A stretch of 64,000 nt of DNA from Tubulanus polymorphus (taxonomy: Eukaryota > Animalia > Nemertea), in NCBI RefSeq assembly GCF_964204645.1, contig NC_134029.1, positions 11,992,850 through 12,056,849 of the forward strand, in the 5' to 3' direction. The notes under the pieces are model-generated. The model worked only from the letters and a program-made list of their open reading frames with translations. It was not told the origin of the DNA and made no database searches. Both the position numbers and the translations under genes were made by a program. Positions within the stretch are counted from its first letter, which is position 1. Every line of letters starts with the position of its first letter. Positions 54,351-64,000 of the stretch are shown here, piece after piece.

Positions 54351-55498
54351 TTAACATTAACTTCGGCATTCCTACGGATTGTATCATCGACCTCATCTCT
54401 ATTTGTACGACAGACTCCTTTTTTGAATTCAACAATTGTTTTTACGAACAGACATTCGGTATCGCTATGGGAAATCCTCTTAGTCCTATTCTAGCTAATT
54501 TATTCCTAGAACATGTTGAATCTGAAATATTGCCTCTTTATACTGATATTCACCCTAAAATCTGGCTCAGATATGTTGACGATGTTCTGGCTTTGGTTCC
54601 CTTTGACTTCAATGTTGATAACTTTCTTATATATTTAAACTCCCTTTACCCGTCTCTGGCTTTTACGTATGAATGGGAATCTAATAGTAAAATACCTTTT
54701 CTGGATGTTTTGCTTTTTAACTATGGATCCTTTTTGAAATTCGCGGTTTATAGGAAACCTCCCAACGCTGAATCCTACCTCCAATACTTCTCTTTTACTT
54801 CTCCGGATATTAAACTCGGTTTAGCTCAAGGATTATTTCTTCGCGCTTTGAGAATTTGCGACCCCTCATTTCTACCCGATGAAATTCAACATATTAACCA
54901 ATCTCTCAAAAAACTTGCCTACCCCGATTTCCTATTGAAAAAAGCTCTACTTAAAGCTCGTACTACGCATATTAGAAATAACAACCTTAGAACTCCTACG
55001 TTGGCTACCGATAAACAGCCTATCATTGTACCGTATGTACCTTTCCTCGAGAATTCTAAAGTTTCTCTTCGGTCACTAAATAAACAACTTATCTTTAAAT
55101 ACAATAATAAACTTAGTAACATATTGATTAATAACAAACCGAAAACCGAATCCTTAAACTGTGGAATTTATAAAATACCTTGTAAAGTTTGCGACAAAGT
55201 ATATATAGGAGAAACAGGTCGGAATCTTAATCAACGCATAAAAGAGCATAAATTAGATGTAAAAAACTTTAAACCTGAAAGCGGAGTTGCTAGTCATGTT
55301 TTTCAGACTTCACACAATTTTGATTTTGCTAATGCTGAATTAATTTACCCTTGCAGCGATAAAACTAGAAGACATATTTTGGAATCTGCATTAATTATTG
55401 AAAATTCGAACAACGTTGTAAACCTTAACAATGGTTTTTCACCCCATAATAAACTTATATCAAAATTCCTCTGTAAACTGGTTAAACTCAACACTTGA
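54351..55498 (+). CDS. Penelope RT C-terminal half plus GIY-YIG endonuclease (5'-truncated inverted copy)
   Basis: 343-aa ORF 54467-55498 differs from the minus-strand copy at only two residues. Confidence 0.85.
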
Positions 55499-55807
55499 TT
55501 TCCCCTTTGATTATTTGTTATTTGTTCTCTCATCAATTTCGTCTCTGACTTAACTTGTATTCACCTTTGTTTTAATTTAAGTGCCCCCTAGTTTGTCTTT
55601 CTTTTTACTACTGACTTTAAGTTTCATTTATATTTATACTCACTATTGTTGTTTATAATTACCCCTTAGTTTGCTTCCCTTTAATCTATTTTAGCGTGTA
55701 ACTGTTTCTACGTTAATTTTCCTTTAGTTTGTATCATCTCTGATTACTTGAATTAGTCTCTTTGTCTCTGGATTGTTTGTATATCTCATAATTTCTGTAG
55801 TATCTCA

Positions 55808-55854
55808 TTATTCCTGAAGATGAATATTAGGATATAGTCGAAACGTTGAAATAA
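55808..55854 (+). ncRNA. Penelope-associated hammerhead motif with a stem II mismatch
   Basis: Same motif but GAATAT instead of GACTAT (position 55824) opposite ATAGTC. Confidence 0.7.
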
Positions 55855-57659
55855 ACTACTATCTCGAAGTTTCATTTTCGGACTTTTTATTATCATTGTG
55901 GGATCCTCTCCTCATCGCCTCAACACGGATATAGTGTTCTACCAATCGTATTTGGTATGAGTACTGGTATTTAAGATGGGTAGGATAGGACGAATCATAT
56001 AGTTCATACATATTTTCTCCAACCAACGTCAGCCTGATGGAATCTTCTCAAACATATATTGGTAGTTTCGCTTATGTCACCTGCATCATTCGCTTGAAAT
56101 CTTTGTCGGATACTGGAGATTGAGGGTCTCGGATAAGCTCCTTAATAACACATGGTAGTGGGGCCTTAAGTACGGTAACGTCCATAGTATGTTGCCAGAA
56201 GTCAGTCAATCCTTGCTATACATGCTCATGCTTTACGCTGCTATCAAGTTGAGTATTGGTAGGGAGTGGATAAACTTTGGGATAAATCTGCACACATCCT
56301 TTAGGAAATCCTTCTACACTGCCTGATGCTTCATTTTAAAATTATTGATCGATAAAACTATAAGATTTATATCACGAGTTATGGTGGAAACAGCATGTTT
56401 ATTTTTATTTATATATAATTAAGTGTACATGTCTTCAAGTACAATTAGAAAAAATATTTTCAATTACAAACATAATATGTGATCGTGTGACTGATGCAAC
56501 TTGGTGATGGTGCTTTGTTCGATACTCATTGAAAATTCCAACCTATGACGTCATATTTCGCGAGCATATGAGATCCTTCGATTACCATTTGTCTTAAGAT
56601 CTAACCGTTCAGAGTATGTATACAGAAGCTAGTTATTTCTATTTAACTTTGCCAAACACATAAGTCAGTCTGGAGTCAGTAACTCAAATGTTCGATAAAG
56701 ATAAATGGCAGACAGATACCGTAGTAACAATGAACTTTCAATTGTTACCGTGTCAACTATCTACTGGTTTGCCCTAACCAACTTTTGATTAACTGACCCC
56801 ATTAATTCTGATTATATATTTTAAACACATTACACAGGTGGTCCAACTTATCCCTTGTGATAATCTATAGAATATTAACCATAATCTCTTAACTTCTGCA
56901 GAATTACAGAGCAAATAGCAGAATAAACTACTTAAAATTACAGTCATAATTTCCGCAATAATAAATGGGTTCAAGTCTTTGTGTTAGTGTATTCATCCAA
57001 AAGAGATACATTCATGAAAGGTATATAGTATGAAAAACAAGGGGTCCAGACACTGCCCAATCAAGAAGAGGTTCCAATTGCAATCTGACAATTTTATATG
57101 CAACACCCCAGATGAACATACACTGAACTAATCTTTTGCCACTGTAAACCACCAAACATTTAACACAATATGGTAAAATTGTTTAACCGCAAAACAACTA
57201 AACATTAAAGGAATTATGAATGAACAATCTTAAAGTGAGTAAATTAGCTATATGACATAATCACAACATGATCAACAGTCCGAGTGTATCAAAACAAATG
57301 TCATTCTGCATGATAATGGACAACATTCTAAAGGTTGTGTAAACAGAATAGAAGTTGGACAAAGTAGCCTCTGCTCGATATAATTTCAAAAAGGTCCTTA
57401 AAACGCGTTACTTCGGTTTTGCTCCATCACTTCTTCCCTAGAAAAAAATTTGATAATTTAAAATATGAGTATGAAAAATAAAGCCCATTCAATTTTAATA
57501 CGCATTGTACTTTTCCAAAGAAAAACAATTTTCTGATGTAGCAGCACACATCTGGGAGTCGTATTCAAATGTTTCGATATCGGCAATAATTGAAGGAATG
57601 AACAACAATATGTTGGTTTTAGGGATTATCAGGATGATCACCATGTGAATCATTCAATA

Positions 57660-60600
57660 GTACAGGTCATTTTCATGTACTCCTCCCAAATGTACAACTC
57701 AAATAGACTGAGGTTGTAATTTAAGAAATTAAACTTATATAGGAATACTATATATATTGAGAATAATTCTATAGTAAGGGTCATTTTATACACTCATTTC
57801 AAATGGAATGAATTTGGTTTATGGAAAGTAATACACCTAAAAACTAAACCGTGAAGTAGGGATCAGTTCTATAGTAAGGGTCATTTTTATATGTTTTATA
57901 TACTACGTGAAGTAGGGGTCAGTTGATTAATAATCATCTCAAAAGGACTGACTTGGTTTTAAATAGTAATATTCATGTAGAAATACTACACTTGGAATTA
58001 TTTTATAGTAGGGGTCATTTTTATATACAATGTATACTCATACCAACTTTGGTTTTTGAAGAGTAATATTTCTATAGGAATACTTTACTGCCAGTCGTTC
58101 TACATTAAGATACATAATTTATATAGAAATATTGTGAACCGTTATACGGAAGGGTTTATGTGAAGAAACAAAAGCCAGGGGATATGACCAATTTATGACT
58201 TAAAATCACCTGCTTAGCCCAGGCTCATGATAGCCGCTGAATCGGTGACAATCATCCGGTCAAAAATGGGAAGTAGTATGTAAATGGTCAATATCCAATT
58301 GGTAAATAAAATGAGGGCTCAATAAGGATACTGTAATGACTTACCAATTTCTTTACTGACACTTTTTACTTCAAATTTACATCTCGAAAATAAAGACAAA
58401 TCCTTAGTCCAAACTATTTGTTTTGATCTCCTCCTTGATGTTCACTCTGAAAATAACCAAATTACAGATTAGGCACAGGCCTAAATGATAAGAATTTACA
58501 AAGAAAATAACAAAATTGCATAGACTGGGGCATCAATATCCTAAATATAAAATGGACTGAATTTGCTGCTTGAAGATGCCTATTATATAGAAATACTATA
58601 TTTACATTTATTCTACACAAGGTGTCACCTTTATGTGCTCATCACAAACAGACTGACTTAGGTATTTGAAGATACCAGGACACGCTTTATTGTGAATTAT
58701 TCTACACGGGGGTTGTTTTTCTACAATCATCTCCTTTGCGATGACTCTAGTTCTCGAAGATTTATGTTTAACACTACATGTATTCTCTGAATCATATTAT
58801 TCTTAGGGTCACTTTTATATAATCATCTCGATTAAACTGACTGTGGTTTTTGGAAATAACATATATTGAGAATGACTATTCTGCGAGTCATTCGACACAA
58901 TGTGTCGTTGCATATTCTTCTCAAATAAAGTGACCCAGTTATGGTAATTAATATTTGCACAATTGACTGAGATTCAATCTATAGTAGGAGTAATTTTTAT
59001 ACTCATCTGAAATAGACTGACTTTGATTTTGAAGATAAATATTTATACACTATTCTGAAATTAATTCTATGGTAGGACACATCCTTATAGCCTACTTATC
59101 TCAAATAGACTGACTTTGGTTTTTGGTGATTAATATTCGCACACTTTACTGAGATTCAATCTACAGGAGGAGTAGTTTTTATATTCATCTCAAATAGACT
59201 GTTTTCTTTAAAGATTGTAACTTATACACTATAATTGAATTCATTCTATGGAAGGACACCTTCTTATACTTATCTTCTTACACCTATCTCAAATAGGTCT
59301 AGATTGACTTTGGTCTTTGATTATCAATATTTATACACTACAGCTACAGTTTAACTCAAATAGACTGGTTTTTTTATGATTAATATTTATACAGAAGGAA
59401 AAAAGACTTAATCTATAGTAGGAGTCGTTTTTACACTTATTTCAAATAGACTGACTTTGGTTTTAAAGATAAATATTTATACGCTATACTGAAATTAATT
59501 AATTCTATGGTTGGACACATTCTTATACTAATCTCAAATAGACTGTTTTTCTTTAAAGATTATAACTAATACACTATAATTGAATCCATTCAAAGGTAGG
59601 ACACATTCTTATACTTATATCAAAAAGGCCTAGATTGACTTTGGTTTTTGATGATCCATATTTATACACTATCAAAAGACTAAATCTATAGTAGGAGTCG
59701 TTTCTATACATATCTCAACTAGACTGAGTTTGGTATTTTATAGTTAATATTTATACACTATGAGAAAGGTCATTTTATATACTCATCTCAAATGGTCTGA
59801 ATTTGGTTTTTGGAGAGTAAAACATGACACACATTACTGTGAAGTAGGGGTCAGTTGATTAATAATCATCTCAAAAGGACTGAATTGGTTTTAAATAGTA
59901 ACATTCATGTAGAAATACTACACTTGGAATTATTTTATAGTAAGGGTCATTTTTATATACAATGTGTACTCATACCAACTTTGGTTTTTGAAGAGTAATA
60001 TTTCTATAGGAATACTTTACTGCCAGTCGTTCTACATTAAGATACATAATTTATATAGAAATATTGTGAATCATTATACGGAAGGGTTTATGTGTAGAAA
60101 CAAAAGCCAGGGAATATGACCGTTTGATGACTTAAAATCACCTGCTTAGCCCAGGCTCATGATAGCTGGTGAATCGGTGACAATCTTCTGGTCAAAAATG
60201 GGAAGTAGTACTAAAATGGTCGATATCCAATTGGTAAAAAAACCGAGGGCTCAATAAGGATACTGTAATGACTTACCAATTTCTTTACTGACACCTTTTA
60301 CTTCAAATTTACATCTTGAAAATAAAGACAAATCCTTAGCCCAAACTATATGTTTCGATCTCCTCCTTGATGTTCACTCTGAAAATAACCAAATTACAGA
60401 TTAGGCACAGGCCTAAATGATAAGAATTTACAAAGATAACAAAGAAAATAACAAAATTGCATAGACTGGGGCATCAATATCCTAAATATAAAATGGACTG
60501 AATTTGCTGCTTGAAGATACCTATTTATATAGAAAAACTATATTTACATTTATTCTATAAAAGGTGTCACCTTTATGTACTCATCACAAACAGACTGACT

Positions 60601-61550
60601 TAGGTATTTGAAGATACCAGGACACGCTTTATTGTGAATTATTCTACACAGGGGTTGTTTTTCTACTATCATCTCCTTTGAGATTACTGGTTCTCGAAGA
60701 TTTATGTTTAACACTATTCTCTGGATCATATTATTCTAAGGGTCATTTTTATATAAGCATCTCGTTTAAACTGACTGTGGTTTTTGAAAATAACATATAT
60801 TGAGAATGACTATTCTGCGAGTCATTCTACACAATGTGTCGTTGCATATTCTTCTCAAATAAAGTGACTCCGGTTATGGTAATTAATATTTGCACACTTG
60901 ACTGAGATTCAATCTATCGTAGGAGCCATTTTTATACTCATCTGAAATAGACTGACTTTGATTTTGAAGATAAATATTTATACACTATTCTGAAATTAAT
61001 TCTATGGTAGGACACATCCTTATAATTATCTCAAATAGACTGACTTTGGTTTTTGGTGACTAATATTCGCACACTTTACTGAGATTAAATCTATAGGAGG
61101 AGTAGCTTTTACATTCATCTCAAATAGACTGTTTTCTTTAAAGGTTGTAACTTATACACTATAATTGAATTCATTCTATGGTAGGACACATTCTTATACT
61201 TATCTTCTTACACCTATCTCAAATAGGTCTAGATTTACTTTGGTTTTTGATGATCAATATTTATACACTACAGCTACAGTTTATCTCAAATAGACTGGTT
61301 TTTTTTGGATTAATATTTATACAGTAATACTGTATAGTATTTTTCATACTGTATGAAAAAGACTTAGGAGTCGTTTTAACACTTATCACAAACAGACTGA
61401 CTTAGGTATTTGAAGATACCATGGCACGCTTTATTGTGAATTATTCTACACAGAGGTCGTTTTTCTACAATCATCTCCTTTGAGATGACTCTGGTTCTTG
61501 AAGATTTATGTTTAACACTATTCTCTGAATCATATTATTCTAAGGCTCAT
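57660..61550. repeat. Diverged ~75-bp tandem repeat with a superimposed 1932-bp duplication
   Basis: Recurring TCTATAGTAGG..CTCATCTCAAATAGACTGACTTTGG units; markers at 57907/59839 and 58469/60401 are both 1932 bp apart. Confidence 0.88.
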
Positions 61551-61551
61551 T

Positions 61552-63968
61552 TTTAGGCCAGCCGTAGGCTGAGCCTATTACTATACAAATGGAGCGAATT
61601 TAAATGACATGGTTTCCACACAAAAGGCTCTTTTGCTTGCCAAGTGAGGGCATATTCGAACAAATCACGTATTTAAGCGTAATCCATTCTCGGAATCGTA
61701 GCGAGCAGAATTTTGAAATAGGCTTTCATAATATTTTCTGCATTTTTCACGAAAATAAAATCGGGAAAATTTCAATTTTTATCAGCCAATCAGGAAGTTG
61801 TGCCTTCCCTGTGATTGGTTTATCTAAAAATATCAGCAGCTGTTCACGTGAATTATCGTGATTTCATTACTGGCGCTTTTGCGCATGACATCATGTATCA
61901 ACACGCGACAATACTTCCGCGTTCGCTTCGTGTTCGCTGATTGGCCCATTTACTGGGAAATTCCACAGAAGCCTAATGTGGTTTGTTACAAGCGCTGTGA
62001 TTGGCCCGACCCGATTCTGGCACGGCTTTAGCTTAGTGGGTTCGAATCCCTTGACGGGAGAAGATGATGGATCCTATCGATGCTATCAAGAAATAAGTTT
62101 CCCGGTTGGGCAGCTGTGGATATCTACCGAAAGTGTTGCGGTTCGATATTTCGAGGTTTCTTTGAATTTTGGAGTGATATCGAAATCCGGTAAACACCGG
62201 CGGTAGATTGTGTTGAAAACCCATTGCTTGATATTTGTACTACTTAATCAACGAAAAGCGTCGGGGCCGCGCCAGGAGTTTTCGCGATTCAAGTAGCTCA
62301 ATAGCCTACTTCTTCGTGTTCGTCCACCTCCGCAATTTTCACTCCGCCGATCTCTGACACGGCTCTGTCGCCGTCGGCGCTGTGATTGCACTATTCGTAC
62401 CACCAAAAAAATTTTTTATTTCTATATCAGGGAGGTCTGGAGAATAAAAAAGTCAAAATTTGGATATCACATAGGCCTGATTTCATCGAATAAGTCGACC
62501 ATGGTCGTTACGTTTCCGTACTAATTACCACCTATAACCGTCTGAACAATTTTGTCACAACCAACATTTCGTTTACAGAAATCAGGTGTTCACGTGAACC
62601 CGCGGTATCGTCTATTGTTTTACTTCCGGGTTTTATTTTAAGATTTAAAATTGTATTTGAAGATCGATTTCTATGAAATCTTTAGTTGATTTGGTGTTTG
62701 GGAGGAATTTTTATTTGCTCTACAGAAAATTCATCCTTGACAATTGCGCAAGGTTCGCAAAAAATTGCTTTTCCCAAATCGAGTGTATGAACTTGATATG
62801 CTAATTAGCCATGTGCTCGAATTGCAAATTCAATCAAATTTTATTCTGCCAAAAAAAATGTTAAATCCAATTCGCTTTCCGAGAGTTAATGGTATGCTGC
62901 ATGGAACAAAGTTGTTTTGAGATGGGTCTTGAAGCAATTGAGTCGAGAGATAACCATCTAGATAGTTCGTGAGAGTTCCAAAGTTTTGAAGACGCTTCAA
63001 GGTAATGTCTTGATATTTGGTTTATACGTGTATCTACCCTAGACACATCTTCAGGCCAAAAACTGGCCCTGTCAGATTCAAGATGGCCGACTGGCAGCCA
63101 TTGTTGTTCGCCAAAATCAGCACTTTTTACACATTTTAGAAGTTTTCGAGGGAAATTTGAAGACACTTTTATCAATAACCTTGATCATTCGTATATATTT
63201 GTATCCCCCAAGGGCCCATCGGCATGAGAAAAATTGGGTCGATCGGACTCAAGATGGCCGTCCTGTGACCTTTTTTGTTCCCAAAAATGTTAATTTTGGC
63301 CTGAATTCTGAGTCCTGTAGCTTTCTAATGGTGTGCCATTTTTCATTGCAATTTGTAATGGGTATTCTTTGGAAAAGGATCTTTTATATCCGAGAGGGTA
63401 TTTTTGACCAGGCAATTATGACGCAATTGGCGGCCATCTTGGGGTCATCAGTACTCATTCGTAGGTGGAAAAAAAGTTTAGCCACATCATTTTGATACTT
63501 AAGCATATTTTGCTACCATAATTAATTGGAAAGTTGTAGCTCATGACATGTTCTATGATTGAGGTGAGTTTCAAGCTCATTGGTTTTTGTTTATGGCCAC
63601 CAGGGGGCGTTGAACAATACAATAACTTAGTATTTCTATATTACATTCGTACCTATGCATATTTTGCTACCACAATCAATTTGAAAGTTGTAGCTCATGA
63701 CATGGTCTATTATCTTGGTGAGTTTCAAGCTCATTGGTTTTTGTATATGGCCACCAGGGGCGTTGAACAATACAATAACTTCGTATTTCTATATTACATT
63801 CGCTCCTGCTGTCTGTGTTAACACACGATTGTACTATGTAAATGACATTGAGCAGGGAGTGTATATTGATAAATATAAGTGTATATTGATAAATATAACC
63901 CACAGATTACATCATTTATAAAAAACAAATCTGACAGGCTGGCCATTGTGCCCCTTGGGGCTCTTGTT
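61552..63968 (+). mobile_element. Second HINE-like element, inserted into a T-run of the ~75-bp repeat
   Basis: 5' TTTTAGGCCAGCC; 3' CAGGCTGGCC plus hairpin GCCCC-TT-GGGGC and TCTTGTT. Flanks rejoin to the host motif TCATTTTTATATAATCAT. 62985-63800 is homologous to 41215-41900. Confidence 0.8.
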
Positions 63969-64000
63969 TTATATAATCATTTCAATTGAATTGTGGTTTT

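Larger units (their letters stand above)
51964..55946. mobile_element. Penelope-like retroelement insertion as an inverted (divergent) dimer
   Basis: Near-identical arms 51964-53528 (-) and 54351-55915 (+) around an 822-bp spacer. CGTATTTGGTATGAG duplicated at 51954-51968 and 55947-55961. Confidence 0.93.

Noticed and set aside
52343-55536. Small ORFs 52343-52534, 52742-52960, 53444-53626, 54919-55137, 55345-55536
   Set aside because: Antisense shadows of the Penelope ORF.

Overview
Eukaryotic (invertebrate metazoan-like, AT-rich) genomic DNA, not prokaryotic. Positions 1-~26,645 are one satellite array of a 31-bp palindrome-containing monomer organised into multi-kb higher-order repeats; all ORFs called there are artefacts. 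The remaining ~37 kb is dense with nested transposon relics: a long-TIR MITE, a Gypsy 3' end with a short LTR, a deleted LINE, a decayed Polinton/Maverick pPolB, MULE-, piggyBac- and hAT-like non-autonomous elements, a young 5'-truncated L2/CR1-group LINE, Helentron-associated (HINE-like) elements whose ~154-bp internal repeats carry CTCF-like motifs, and a TSD-flanked inverted Penelope dimer with hammerhead ribozyme motifs. One host exon missed by the ORF track is recognisable: the first coding exon of alpha-methylacyl-CoA racemase (AMACR), 47442-47549 (+). No wholly new system can be demonstrated from sequence alone. The best leads are the CTCF-motif arrays lying between the satellite and the gene, and the inverted Penelope whose sense-strand ribozyme is the mutated copy. 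All calls were made by eye, without database searches.
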